The notes under the pieces were generated by a model. That model searched no databases. It was not told the DNA's origin and worked only from the letters and a program-made list of their open reading frames with translations. 22,014 bases of DNA, taken from contig CP054849.1 in assembly GCA_044358425.1 (NCBI GenBank), positions 394,048 through 416,061 of the forward strand. Reading direction: 5' to 3'. Every line of letters begins with the position of its first letter. The first letter of the stretch is position 1. A program made the translations under genes and the position numbers. This document shows, in pieces, positions 1 through 9,816 of this stretch. Source of the DNA: Marine Group I thaumarchaeote (GTDB lineage: Archaea > Thermoproteota > Nitrososphaeria > Nitrososphaerales > Nitrosopumilaceae).

Positions 1-620
1 ATGTTTTGTTATACGGATTAACTGTAAGTTGTATTTCTGTAATTTACGGATTCTTTGCACTTAATGCAATATCTGCATTTTTTATTGCAGTAGGGATATT
101 TTCTTACGTTATAATTTACACAGTTTGGCTAAAACGTAGAAACACTTCCAATATTGTAATTGGTGGAATTGCTGGTAGTGCTGCAGCTTGGGCAGGATGG
201 GCAGCTGCAACTGGTAGTATGGATTTATTGGGATTCTTAGTTGGCTTTTTAGTATTTGTTTGGACACCTTCCCACTTTTGGTGTCTTGCAATGAAAATTA
301 AAGATGAATATGCACAAGCTGAAGTTCCAATGTTACCTGTTGTAATTGGAATGCAAAAAACATCTAAATTTATTTTGGGTAATACTTTAATTTTAATTCC
401 TTACTCTTTGTTACTTGTATTGATTCCTGATGGATTGGGAATTGTTTACACAGTTATTGCATCTGTGTCTGGTGGATTGATGTTGGTATATCATTACAAG
501 CTAACAAAAACTCCTACATCTGAATTTGCTTGGAAAGCATACAAAGTAACTGCACCTTATTTGACAATTATTTTTGTAGCTGTTGCATTAGATGCTGCAT
601 TTCATTTTCCTTTGATCTAA
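1..620 (+). CDS. ctaB: Protoheme IX farnesyltransferase (heme O synthase), 5'-truncated by the window edge
   Basis: Multi-TM UbiA-family protein with YT.WLKRR...NIVIGG.AG, WTPSHFW.LA and EY.A.VPMLPV motifs. The frame is open to the window start and stops at TAA 618-620. Confidence 0.93.
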   Translation, partial: VLLYGLTVSCISVIYGFFALNAISAFFIAVGIFSYVIIYTVWLKRRNTSNIVIGGIAGSAAAWAGWAAATGSMDLLGFLVGFLVFVWTPSHFWCLAMKIKDEYAQAEVPMLPVVIGMQKTSKFILGNTLILIPYSLLLVLIPDGLGIVYTVIASVSGGLMLVYHYKLTKTPTSEFAWKAYKVTAPYLTIIFVAVALDAAFHFPLI

Positions 621-628
621 TTTTTTAA

Positions 629-925
629 TTATTTATCTACACCTGGAAAACTTGCTTCATAATCTTTTTCCATTACTTCTTTATTCTGTTTTTCTATTGG
701 ATCCTCTTCTTTTTCAATAATTGCAACTTCTATTCTTCTTTCATCTTTAGTAAACCATGCAACTTTGATTAATCCCAATATTTCCAAATCTAAAAGTAAT
801 TTGTTAAATTTATCTTCTGGCAAATTTAATCCGTCTTTTGTTAAACTCTTGTAAAGTTCAACATCTGTTAATGAGTTAGATTCTTTAATTTTTTCAAATA
901 TTTGATTTCTTAATGGAATTGTCAT
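629..925 (-). CDS. Conserved archaeal hypothetical protein, probable winged-helix fold with acidic tail
   Basis: 98-aa ORF starting 2 bp after the cdc48 stop. The FNK.LL.LEI.GLIKV pattern resembles a wHTH recognition helix and wing. Confidence 0.7.
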   Translation of the reverse strand: MTIPLRNQIFEKIKESNSLTDVELYKSLTKDGLNLPEDKFNKLLLDLEILGLIKVAWFTKDERRIEVAIIEKEEDPIEKQNKEVMEKDYEASFPGVDK

Positions 926-927
926 GA

Positions 928-3096
928 TTAACCGTAAAATGCTTTCTCTCCTGTCTTGGGTACTACATTAGATATACTTTCTCTTATGGTGTTATACCAT
1001 TGATCTACCTCTTTTGTAATTGATGGATTAATTTGTTTCAGACTAACTGCAAAATCACGACTGTTTATTTTAGATGATTTGTTTCTCATTGCACAAATTG
1101 CTGCCTCCCTACATAGTGCTGCCAAATCTGCACCCGTGTAATTTTGTGTTGCTACTGCAATCTCTTGTAATTTAATATCATTTGATAATGGCATTTTTTT
1201 TGTTAAAATTTTAATGATTTCTAATCTACTCTTTTCATCAGGAGGTGTGACATATAGAACTAGATCTAATCTTCCTGTCCTCAATAATGAATTATCTATG
1301 ATGTCTGGTCTGTTTGTAATTCCGATGACTGCCACTCGAGATGAAGTTCCTTCTTCAATTTCTGTTAATAGTTGGCTAAGTATGGTTTCTCCTGATCCTC
1401 CTTCTCCTGATTTTGATTTTGCTAGTGCGTCTAATTCATCAAAAATTATTACACATGGTGATGATGCTTTTGCTTTTCTAAAAATTTCTCTTATTGCTTT
1501 TTCTGATTCTCCGACCCATTTTGAAAGAATTTCTGGACCTCTAACTAAAATCATATTTGCACCTGTTTCAGTTGCTACTGCTCTTGCAAGTAATGTTTTT
1601 CCGCATCCTGGTGGACCATAAATTAAAACTCCTTTTGGGGGTTTGATGCCCATTTTTGTAAATTTACTTGGTTCTTTAACTGCTGTAATTATATTATCTG
1701 TCAAACTTTTCTTAATATTTTCTAAACCTCCAACATCATTCCACCAAATTTTTGGTCTTTCAACATAAAATTCTCTCATTGCAGTAGGGACAACTTCGTG
1801 CATCGCATCGTAAAAATCAACCAATTTGATTTGCATTGATTGTAAAACTTCTGAAGAAATTTTTTCAGTTTCAAGATCAATTTCTGGTAAATATCTGCGA
1901 ATTGATTTCATTGCTGCTTCTCTACATAGTGATTTGATATCTGCACCTGTGTATCCATGTAATTCTGCTGACAATTCTTTTAGATCAATTTCTTCGTTTA
2001 TTGGCATTCCTCTTGTGTGAATTTGTAAAATTTCATATCTTCCATCTTCGTTAGGTACACTAATCTCAAATTCTCTGTCAAATCTTCCTGGCCTTCTAAG
2101 AGCTGGATCTACACTATCTGGTCTGTTGGTTGCACCTAAAACAATGACATTTCCTCTATCGTTTAATCCGTCCATTAATGCAAGTAATTGTGCTACCACT
2201 CTTTTCTCCACATCTCCATACACTTCTTCTCTTTTTGGTGCTATTGCATCAATTTCATCAATGAAGATTATACTTGGTGAATTATCTTTTGCTTCTTTAA
2301 AAATTTCTCTTAATTTAGCTTCTGTTTCACCGTAGTATTTGTTCATAATTTCTGGACCGTTAATTGGATACATGTTAGCTTCAGATTCGCTTGCCATAAC
2401 TTTTGCAAGTAATGTTTTTCCGCATCCTGGTGGACCATATAGTAAAATTCCGCTATGTGGTTCAATCCCTAATCTGGAAAATAATTCTGGATGTCTTAAT
2501 GGTAATTCAACAATTTCTCTCATTGCTTTAGTTTTTTCTTTTAATCCACCAACTTCTTCATATGTGACTCTGACTTTTCTGTCGATTGATGTTTCTGTTG
2601 AAATATTTAATTCAGTTGTTTTGTCTATGTTGATAATTCCTTTAGGTGATGTTTTTGTAATTTTAAAGTCCATTGAGTTTCCTAATATCATTACAGAAAT
2701 TTCATCTCCGTGAGTTACTGGTAATCCTTTTAATCTATTTTTAACAAAATCCATGAATTCTTTATCAATTGTTACTGCATCGTTGAGTGGAGTTAGTGTA
2801 ATTGTTTTTGCAATTTTTGAAATTATTTTTCTAACTTTTACTATGTCGTTTAAAGTTCCCCCAACATTTTTTCTTGTCTGTCCATCTATTCTAATTATAT
2901 CTGGGAATTTTTCATCCTCATCTGCAGGCCAAATAATGGCACAACTTGTCCTTGAACCCATGATTTCAATTATATCTCCTGGTTCAGCTTTGAGAAAATC
3001 CATTGCTTTTGGACCTATTCTGGCACGTTTTTTGCCTACGTCTCTTTGTTTTGCTTCACCAATTCTCATTTGCAAAGGCTCTTCTTTGCGTACCAT
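928..3096 (-). CDS. cdc48: CDC48/VCP-family AAA+ ATPase
   Basis: N-domain plus two AAA modules: Walker A GPPGCGKT twice, Walker B IFIDEID and [19 protein letters not shown] and LLRTGRLD. Ends in an HbYX motif (FYG). Confidence 0.97.
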   Translation of the reverse strand: MVRKEEPLQMRIGEAKQRDVGKKRARIGPKAMDFLKAEPGDIIEIMGSRTSCAIIWPADEDEKFPDIIRIDGQTRKNVGGTLNDIVKVRKIISKIAKTITLTPLNDAVTIDKEFMDFVKNRLKGLPVTHGDEISVMILGNSMDFKITKTSPKGIINIDKTTELNISTETSIDRKVRVTYEEVGGLKEKTKAMREIVELPLRHPELFSRLGIEPHSGILLYGPPGCGKTLLAKVMASESEANMYPINGPEIMNKYYGETEAKLREIFKEAKDNSPSIIFIDEIDAIAPKREEVYGDVEKRVVAQLLALMDGLNDRGNVIVLGATNRPDSVDPALRRPGRFDREFEISVPNEDGRYEILQIHTRGMPINEEIDLKELSAELHGYTGADIKSLCREAAMKSIRRYLPEIDLETEKISSEVLQSMQIKLVDFYDAMHEVVPTAMREFYVERPKIWWNDVGGLENIKKSLTDNIITAVKEPSKFTKMGIKPPKGVLIYGPPGCGKTLLARAVATETGANMILVRGPEILSKWVGESEKAIREIFRKAKASSPCVIIFDELDALAKSKSGEGGSGETILSQLLTEIEEGTSSRVAVIGITNRPDIIDNSLLRTGRLDLVLYVTPPDEKSRLEIIKILTKKMPLSNDIKLQEIAVATQNYTGADLAALCREAAICAMRNKSSKINSRDFAVSLKQINPSITKEVDQWYNTIRESISNVVPKTGEKAFYG
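1584..2439. repeat. 37-bp perfect direct repeat with copies at 1584-1620 and 2403-2439, encoding both Walker A regions of Cdc48
   Basis: TTGCAAGTAATGTTTTTCCGCATCCTGGTGGACCATA is read at both positions. Confidence 0.95.
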
Positions 3097-3106
3097 AAAA
3101 TCAATT

Positions 3107-3140
3107 AATTCTTGTTATGCTAATTACTGTTATGTTAATT
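3107..3140. repeat. Imperfect 15-bp tandem duplication between EF-1beta and cdc48
   Basis: AATTCTTGTTATGCT / AATTACTGTTATGTT / AATT. The core TGTTATG(C/T)TAATT lies at 3113-3125 and 3128-3140. Confidence 0.6.
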
Positions 3141-3401
3141 GCGACTCATACTAAGTACTTCAAATTCACTGACTCCTTCAACTGCTCTAACAGTATCTTC
3201 TAGTGAATCCATTTGCCCTTCTTTGTCCTCTAATACAAATTGTGCCTTTAGACATTCTAATCCAAAAGCTAGTGGTTCTTTTTCATGTCGATTTAGAGTA
3301 ATTCCATCTTTTAGTGATGCTTTTACAGTTTCTGCTAATTTATCTAAATCCACTTCCATTCCTGTTGGAAGAATTTTTGCAATTAATACAATATCTGTCA
3401 T
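3135..3401 (-). CDS. ef1b: Archaeal translation elongation factor 1-beta
   Basis: KILP...DLD.L...EPLAFGL..L...V.GVS..EV motif set. Conserved archaeal order Zn-ribbon, EF1beta. Confidence 0.93.
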   Translation of the reverse strand: MTDIVLIAKILPTGMEVDLDKLAETVKASLKDGITLNRHEKEPLAFGLECLKAQFVLEDKEGQMDSLEDTVRAVEGVSEFEVLSMSRN

Positions 3402-3406
3402 TTTAC

Positions 3407-3586
3407 TTAAGGTCCCGTGAAGTTACATGAAGAGCAGGTATAGTTTCTTGCTGCTTCTCTACAACTTTCACATCTCCAAATAAGGTCAACCCCACATTCA
3501 GGGCAATTGAATTTAACACATTTATCATTAGGCATAATTGCTCTATGGCAACAACTGCATGTTGGTAATGATATAGTAGATGACAT
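3407..3586 (-). CDS. Double zinc-ribbon protein (DUF1610/COG2888-like)
   Basis: CSCC...F.CPECG...IWRCESCR....YTCSSC.F.GP, located directly upstream of ef1b. The ATG at 3586 ([10 protein letters not shown]) is preferred over the ORF-track start at 3610. Confidence 0.88.
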   Translation of the reverse strand: MSSTISLPTCSCCHRAIMPNDKCVKFNCPECGVDLIWRCESCREAARNYTCSSCNFTGP

Positions 3587-3639
3587 GCTCAATTTTTCTG
3601 GAAACATCATTTATACTTTCCTTAGAAATTATAATGGAA

Positions 3640-4776
3640 TTAACCCAATATTTTTTTCAATTCACTACTGACTAATGTTTGAGCTGTTTTCAATGAATTT
3701 TTGATTCCTAATAATTTGATAATTGAACTTGTATGAAAATCAAAATCATCTTTTTCTGAAATTTCATTGACAATTTCTGGGGTTATTGATTCAAATAATT
3801 TATTGATCGTTTCATTATCAATCCTTTCTAAAATTTTTCTTACTAACATTTGTTTATCAAATTCTTTACCAAATCTCTCAACCCATTTTTTTTGATAATT
3901 TAGAAGATCTGTTTTTTCATTTGTTTTTAAAAATTTGGATATTGCTTGTCCTGCATATACTCCTCCCATTCCACTTGTGAAAATTCCTCCTGCGGTTGTG
4001 GGTTTTGCTTGTCCTGCTGCATCTCCTACTATGACTACATTGTCTTCCACAAATCGTTTGATTGGACCCTTAATCCAGATAGGTGCAAAAATTTTCCTTA
4101 TTGTTGAAAATTCTCCTTTTTGCTTAAGAAATTCATTTAATGTTTCAGATACATTGATGCCTTTTCCTGCAATTCCTACTTTTCCTTTTCCTTCAGCTGA
4201 TGGAATCACCCAGGCAAAAAACCCAGGATATTTCTCTTGATCAAAAATAACTTCCACTTTTCCTTTTTTAATCCAATCTGCATAAATTTCATATTGTGCA
4301 GATGATAAAATCCCTGTTCGATCTTTGTGAATTAATGATGACACTCCTCTTGCATCCACAAAAATTTTACAATCAATTTTTTCTTCATTTGTCCTAATTC
4401 CTGTTTCTGTCATTTCCTGAAAACTTGTTCTAACTTTTATTATTGCACCATTTTTTTGAGCTTGAAATGCAACTTGTTTATCTAATTCTCTTCTGCTAAT
4501 CTCTACTACTTTTTGATTTTTTGAATTGATTGTGAAACTTTTTCCATTAGGTGATGTAATTTTTGCAGATTCAATCATATGTTCAAAAGTTTTTTTAAAT
4601 GGAATAATTCCTAATTCTTCTAGGCCTGCAATACTTACTAATCCACCACAATGTTCAGGTGTCCCAATTTCATAATCTTCTTCAATTACTAACACTGAAA
4701 ATCCTTTGGAAGAAATTTCTCTTGCAGTTAATAACCCTGCAATACTGCCTCCTCCAACAACTACATCATAGTACAC
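3640..4776 (-). CDS. Geranylgeranyl reductase-family FAD oxidoreductase (digeranylgeranylglycerophospholipid reductase-like)
   Basis: N-terminal DVVVGGGSIAG, P.HCGG, R.ELDK, FAWVIP and VGDAAGQ.KP.TAGGI motifs. GTG start. Confidence 0.88.
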   Translation of the reverse strand: MYYDVVVGGGSIAGLLTAREISSKGFSVLVIEEDYEIGTPEHCGGLVSIAGLEELGIIPFKKTFEHMIESAKITSPNGKSFTINSKNQKVVEISRRELDKQVAFQAQKNGAIIKVRTSFQEMTETGIRTNEEKIDCKIFVDARGVSSLIHKDRTGILSSAQYEIYADWIKKGKVEVIFDQEKYPGFFAWVIPSAEGKGKVGIAGKGINVSETLNEFLKQKGEFSTIRKIFAPIWIKGPIKRFVEDNVVIVGDAAGQAKPTTAGGIFTSGMGGVYAGQAISKFLKTNEKTDLLNYQKKWVERFGKEFDKQMLVRKILERIDNETINKLFESITPEIVNEISEKDDFDFHTSSIIKLLGIKNSLKTAQTLVSSELKKILG

Positions 4777-4842
4777 AGATTTTGGTTCTTTGTCAATTAT
4801 TTAATTCCAAAGTTTTTCATTGTGCCTATCTGTGAAAATAAT

Positions 4843-5196
4843 ATGGGTGAAATTAAACAAGTAATTGCTGTTAGGACTGATTTGGGAATGGGTAAGGGTA
4901 AGATAGCTGCTCAAGTTGGCCACGCATGTGTCATGGGTTCAGAACATGTCAGAAAATCACATCCTGAATGGTGGTCAGAATGGTGGGGTGGACAAGAGAA
5001 AGTTGTTGTTAAAGTTTCAGGAATTAAAGAATTACAAGAAATAAAACGACATGCGATTGATTTGAATTTACCTTGGTCTGAAATTTCTGATGCCGGACAC
5101 ACTCAATTATCACCGGGAACTACAACTTGTATATCTATAGGCCCTGCACCCGAAAATTTGATTGATAAAATCACTGGTAATTTGAAATTATTATGA
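4843..5196 (+). CDS. pth2: Peptidyl-tRNA hydrolase Pth2 (archaeal/eukaryotic type)
   Basis: KQVI.VRTDL.MGKGKIAAQVGHA, Q.KVV.KV and DAG.TQ..PGT.TC..IGP motifs. ATG at 4843 preferred. Confidence 0.96.
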   Translation: MGEIKQVIAVRTDLGMGKGKIAAQVGHACVMGSEHVRKSHPEWWSEWWGGQEKVVVKVSGIKELQEIKRHAIDLNLPWSEISDAGHTQLSPGTTTCISIGPAPENLIDKITGNLKLL

Positions 5197-5239
5197 TTTT
5201 CTGGGAATAAGATATTAACAGTATTGTTTAAAAAAATCT

Positions 5240-6862
5240 GTGAAAAAGAAGACTAAGGGAATTTTAGCATTTATTTTTCTAGGTGGTCTTATGTTGACTT
5301 CTGGAGTTTTAGTTGCTATAACAGGTTATGATCCTGATGTAGATTATGCAGCTATGGATGATCCTGAAGTAACAATTACTGGTACTCCTGCAGATAATTA
5401 TCCTGATGAACAAAGGCCTCAATTTTGTAGTTCTGATAAAATTGCAAAATCCACAAAGTTTGTTCAAGAATTTGTTATTCCTACTGATTGTACCAATCCG
5501 TTAGCCATTACATCTGATTATGATGGAAATGTTTGGTTTGCTCAAACTAATACTGGAAATATTGCAAAATTCAATCCTACAACTCAAACATTTGTTGAAT
5601 ATGAAAATCCTACATGGCCTGACGGTGCTCGTTCAATGATGTGGGGAATAGATTATGCTCCTGATGGTTCTGTTTGGTTCACTGATGAAACTTATGATTC
5701 CGTTTGGAAATTTTCTACATTTGACGAGGAATATGAGCGATTATCTTATCCCTCTGATGGAAATTCATTACCTCAAAAACTTAGAATTGATGGCTCTCAA
5801 ATTATCATTAATGATTTTACTGGAAACAAATTAACCATTCTAGATGTAAATCCTACTGACACTGAAGTAAATTATCTGAGTGTGCCTTCTCCTGTAGATG
5901 ACTCAGTAACAGCTGATTTTGCAATAGATGGAAATGACGATATTTGGTATACCAATTGGTTATTTCAACAAGGAGGGATTTTAGTTCAATTTAATCAAAA
6001 TGATTATCTTGATGATGTAACAAATTCTGGAATGCCATACTTGCCCTTAATTGATTACATTACGGGTTACCCTTTACCTGTACAACTACTTACTCCAAAT
6101 GGTGTAACTTTTTCTGATGATGGAATATTGTGGCTAGCAGATACAACTTCTTCTTCGTTTTTCAGTTTTGACCCTACAACTGAACAATTTATTCAATATG
6201 TGACATCTGATCCTATCTTTGAAACCTTTGGAAATCAAACAGGTGTTGTCAAATCCCCTATTTCTAGACCTTATTGGATTGAAAATAATGATCAAGGACA
6301 ACTTGTGTTTAATGCACAAACAGCAAATAATATTTCGGTAATGGATCCAAAAGAACAAACTCTTGTAGAGTATCATGTACCTTCAAAAAATCCTAACTGG
6401 GCTGATTGTGATTCTGGTATACAGGTAATGGAAAATTGTGGTGTTGCACAAATTTTTGATTTTGCAGTATCTGGTGAAAAAATTTGGTTCACTGAATGGG
6501 TTGAAAACAAAATTGGTGTCGTAGATACATCTGTATCTTTACCATTTGAAATTCAACTTGAATCCGATGAGATTAAACTTTCTTCTAATGATTCTGTTAC
6601 TAATCATATCATATTTTCTCCACAATTTGAAAATGACATAATCGAAGTTTCTTCAATTACTTCTACTACTCACGAATTTCTAACTGTTGATTTTATTCAT
6701 AACTCTCCTGAAAACTTTGAATTAAATTCTAATGATTCTGTTGCTGTACATATTGAACTTTCCACTTCTGATGCTGCTTTACCTGGAACATACAAAATTT
6801 TACTAGGTGGACAAACTTCAGATGTTGCAATTAGTAAATATCTTACAGTGATTGTAGAGTGA
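5240..6862 (+). CDS. Membrane-anchored or secreted Vgb (virginiamycin B lyase)-like beta-propeller protein with C-terminal beta-sandwich-like region
   Basis: Basic plus hydrophobic N-terminus, repeated D.DG.VWF(T/A) blades, and an acidic extracellular-type composition. True substrate unknown. Confidence 0.8.
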   Translation: MKKKTKGILAFIFLGGLMLTSGVLVAITGYDPDVDYAAMDDPEVTITGTPADNYPDEQRPQFCSSDKIAKSTKFVQEFVIPTDCTNPLAITSDYDGNVWFAQTNTGNIAKFNPTTQTFVEYENPTWPDGARSMMWGIDYAPDGSVWFTDETYDSVWKFSTFDEEYERLSYPSDGNSLPQKLRIDGSQIIINDFTGNKLTILDVNPTDTEVNYLSVPSPVDDSVTADFAIDGNDDIWYTNWLFQQGGILVQFNQNDYLDDVTNSGMPYLPLIDYITGYPLPVQLLTPNGVTFSDDGILWLADTTSSSFFSFDPTTEQFIQYVTSDPIFETFGNQTGVVKSPISRPYWIENNDQGQLVFNAQTANNISVMDPKEQTLVEYHVPSKNPNWADCDSGIQVMENCGVAQIFDFAVSGEKIWFTEWVENKIGVVDTSVSLPFEIQLESDEIKLSSNDSVTNHIIFSPQFENDIIEVSSITSTTHEFLTVDFIHNSPENFELNSNDSVAVHIELSTSDAALPGTYKILLGGQTSDVAISKYLTVIVE

Positions 6863-8055
6863 TACCTGAAATTGATTCACAAATAGGAATATCTGTTTAT
6901 ACTACAAAATTTTCTGGTATTGGTGGAAAAATTAGGATTAATCCTGAAGATTTTGAAGTTTCTGAATTAATTTCTAAGCGTGCAACAAATTCTATTACTG
7001 ATGAAAGTGGTTATGCTGTTTACAAACTAAAAAAGAAAAAAATTGATACTAATCATGCGTTATCTGGAGTTTTTCGAAAAACTGGTGTTCGTCTTAAGTC
7101 TTTAGGACTAAAAGATGCTTCAGCTGTAACTGAACAATTTGTTGGTTCACCTCATAAGGGTAAGCCTATTGACAATTTTTCTACTGAAAAATATTCTCTT
7201 ACAAATATTGGATTTACAAAAAAACCCTTATCTAAAAAAGATATGATTGGTAATAATTTTAAAATTCAAATTTCTGATTGCTCAGATGATCTGTCTTCAT
7301 TTGCTGAACATGATCAGATTTTAAATTTTTATGGGTATCAAAGATTTGGTTCTAAAAGACCTGTTACTCATTTAATTGGAAAGTCAATTTTACAAAGAGA
7401 TTTTGATATGGCTGTTGACTTGATTTTATCCTTCACTTCTTCATATGATTCTGCAGAAAATACAGAGATACGTGAAAAACTTTCTGACAAAACAAATTAT
7501 GTAAAATATTATGATAAAGTTCCATCTCAAATGGATATTGAAAAAATTGTTTTAAAAGAAATGATTGAACATGATGATTCCATTCGTGCTATACGTGCAA
7601 TTCCATTATCTTTACGACGTTTTTACATTCAAGCATACGAATCATACATTTTCAATAAATCTCTAAGTTCGGCATTTTTAGATGGTGAAGATTTATTTGA
7701 ATCTCAATCTGGTGATGTCTGCTTTGATTCTAAAAGTATAATTGGAAAATTCAAAGATGGAGTTGAACAATATCTGGCATTACCGTTTGTTGGTTATTCG
7801 TATTACAAAAAAACTAGATTTGACCATTCCATTTCTAAAATTTTAATTGAAGAAGAAATTTCTCCAAAAGATTTTTTCATAAAAGAAATGCAAGAAGTTA
7901 GTAGCGAGGGTGGGTTTAGACAAGCCGCAATTCATTGTACTGATTATATATCTGAGAAAAATAAAGTTGAATTTTCATTATCTAGAGGTTCATTTGCAAC
8001 TATTCTGTTAAGGGAAATAATGAAGCCTAGTGATCCTATTCTCGCCGGATTTTGA
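6859..8055 (+). CDS. truD: tRNA pseudouridine(13) synthase TruD
   Basis: PEDF.V.E, catalytic GLKD..AVT.Q, GN.F.I, NFYG.QRFG, FN..LS and F.L.RGSFAT..LRE motifs. The GTG start overlaps the upstream TGA (GTGA). Confidence 0.96.
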   Translation: MIPEIDSQIGISVYTTKFSGIGGKIRINPEDFEVSELISKRATNSITDESGYAVYKLKKKKIDTNHALSGVFRKTGVRLKSLGLKDASAVTEQFVGSPHKGKPIDNFSTEKYSLTNIGFTKKPLSKKDMIGNNFKIQISDCSDDLSSFAEHDQILNFYGYQRFGSKRPVTHLIGKSILQRDFDMAVDLILSFTSSYDSAENTEIREKLSDKTNYVKYYDKVPSQMDIEKIVLKEMIEHDDSIRAIRAIPLSLRRFYIQAYESYIFNKSLSSAFLDGEDLFESQSGDVCFDSKSIIGKFKDGVEQYLALPFVGYSYYKKTRFDHSISKILIEEEISPKDFFIKEMQEVSSEGGFRQAAIHCTDYISEKNKVEFSLSRGSFATILLREIMKPSDPILAGF

Positions 8056-8060
8056 GGGAC

Positions 8061-8267
8061 TCATTTTTTTAAAATTTTCAATAATGCCCCAATCCCAATA
8101 ATTATTATTCCTAAAACCATTATTTGAATTCCATATGTTATCCAATCAGGATTGGCATACATGAAAGATGATTCAGGACCAACTATGGCTTGTCCTTGTA
8201 GATCAAAAATTAACCCAAAAATGAATACTATGCTCCCAATCCCAATAACGGAATATCCTTTCCCCAT
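8061..8267 (-). CDS. Small two-TM membrane protein
   Basis: Two hydrophobic helices flank QG...VGPESSFMY.NPDW. Start is the ATG at 8267 or 8273. Confidence 0.75.
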   Translation of the reverse strand: MGKGYSVIGIGSIVFIFGLIFDLQGQAIVGPESSFMYANPDWITYGIQIMVLGIIIIGIGALLKILKK

Positions 8268-8370
8268 GTTCATTTCATTTAATTTCCATTAAAAAGGGTA
8301 AACAGAATTGATTCAATGAGCAAATCATTTTTGGGCTGTATTTTTAATCATTTTCTTAAGACATCATAAA

Positions 8371-9057
8371 ATGTACAATTGGAGCGGTCAATCTGAATCT
8401 GGTGGGCACAAATACCTTGGATTGATATTATTTTGTTCATCTGCCTTATTGGCTCTATTACTCTTTTTGATATTTCATCCTCAAATTGATGAAATAAATC
8501 GAGAATCCCCAATTCTAATTAATTTGATGTTTATTCCTGCTATGGCTGTTGGATTTCTTTATGGAATTAAAATTACTCAACGAGCTGTAAATCCTGCTGA
8601 AATTAGAAGTCCTATCAAAAGATCAATTGTAAAAATTTTCCTGTTCTTTTTTGTAATGGGTGGTATGTTCAGTTCCGTCAATTTTGCAATAAATGGTGGT
8701 AGCGTAATGCCGGATGTATCTATTTTTGAAGATGGTTTAATCACGTGGGTTCATACCTTTGTAATGGCTAATGGAGGTGCAACCTTTCTTATTATCTCAA
8801 GTATTATGTTGATGGCAGCTGCAACAAAAAGAATCGTTGGTTTGGATTCAGGATTTTTGAATAGATTAGTTTCATCTGCTAGTACATTTGTTTTTGTTAC
8901 TGTTCTGGCTTTGAGTTTCACAAAATCAGATCCTACTTCTTCAGGTATATTTTTGTACACTTTTTATCAAGCAGGAATTGTAGGTGGTGCATTTTTTGCA
9001 ATGAATCGATTAACTAAAGATAAGAATATGGTATCTGATTTTGCTAATGGTTACTGA
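8371..9057 (+). CDS. Hypothetical polytopic membrane protein (about 6 TM)
   Basis: 228-aa ORF with six long hydrophobic stretches and a TATA-like TTTTTAAT about 25-30 bp upstream. Confidence 0.75.
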   Translation: MYNWSGQSESGGHKYLGLILFCSSALLALLLFLIFHPQIDEINRESPILINLMFIPAMAVGFLYGIKITQRAVNPAEIRSPIKRSIVKIFLFFFVMGGMFSSVNFAINGGSVMPDVSIFEDGLITWVHTFVMANGGATFLIISSIMLMAAATKRIVGLDSGFLNRLVSSASTFVFVTVLALSFTKSDPTSSGIFLYTFYQAGIVGGAFFAMNRLTKDKNMVSDFANGY

Positions 9058-9111
9058 TTTCATATTTTTTATTTGATAAACATTATTACTTTCTAGATAT
9101 TTTCATGTCTT

Positions 9112-9450
9112 ATGGGATTAGTTGATAAAATTAAAAAAAGTATTGAACTAAAACATCCTTCTCCAAATATTTCTTCAATTGAAAAGACAGAAAATAAAAT
9201 TCTAAAATTAACAAAGGAATCTGAACTAAATCCTAATGATTCTAAAATTTTACTTGAATTGTATACATGTTATGTTGAAACATCAAATTCTGAAAAGAAA
9301 ATTGAATGTTTAGAAAAATTATCTTCAATTTTACCACGTGATTTTTATCCTCTTCAACAACTAGCAGATATTTATCTGAATGAATTGAATGATGATTCTA
9401 AAGCAAAATTCTATCAAAATAAGGCTAATGATATTAAAAATAATTTTTAG
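9112..9450 (+). CDS. Hypothetical helical protein with TPR-like segments
   Basis: LNPND...LL.L...Y and P.D...L.QLADIY......KA..Y patterns resemble TPR helices. Confidence 0.65.
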   Translation: MGLVDKIKKSIELKHPSPNISSIEKTENKILKLTKESELNPNDSKILLELYTCYVETSNSEKKIECLEKLSSILPRDFYPLQQLADIYLNELNDDSKAKFYQNKANDIKNNF

Positions 9451-9470
9451 TTTTTAATAGTAATTCAGAA

Positions 9471-9719
9471 CTAGTTTTCTAGATCTACGTAAATTCCTGA
9501 AATTTCATTATTTATTCTGTCCCAGTATATTTCACAGCCATCTGTTTTGAAATCATTTGCTTTACACTCATTAAAATGGGCTGTGTTGTTTCTGGACATA
9601 TTATCTGCATACAATACATCCTCGCCTATAACTACACCAATTATTAACACTGCCAACAAACTGGCTGATACTAATATCATGGAATATCCAACTTGTCTCA
9701 AATTTTTGGATTTTTTCAT
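9471..9719 (-). CDS. Small single-TM protein with a cysteine pair in the C-terminal domain
   Basis: Basic N-terminus, TM helix, then EC(x9)C...W. Confidence 0.7.
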   Translation of the reverse strand: MKKSKNLRQVGYSMILVSASLLAVLIIGVVIGEDVLYADNMSRNNTAHFNECKANDFKTDGCEIYWDRINNEISGIYVDLEN

Positions 9720-9816
9720 TCACGTGAAATCAATAAGGCTTGAATTTAATCTTTTCAAGTCATTTTTCCTAGTTAGATCTTTATCACTAGACTGTTTTTT
9801 CCGATAAAAAGAAAAG

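Noticed and set aside
1214-3420. Several + strand ORFs of 64-135 aa (1214, 1826, 2126, 2339, 2753, 3139)
   Set aside because: Antisense shadows of cdc48 and ef1b with Ser/Ile/Phe-rich mirror composition. The shared '[11 protein letters not shown]' is just the reverse of Walker A.
3935-6376. ORFs 3935..4240 (+), 4911..5102 (-) and 6134..6376 (-)
   Set aside because: Fully antisense to confident genes (reductase, pth2, propeller).
5240-6862. Antibiotic-resistance (vgb) gene call
   Set aside because: Only the propeller repeat pattern is supported. The protein is exported and much larger than Vgb, so resistance function is not supported.
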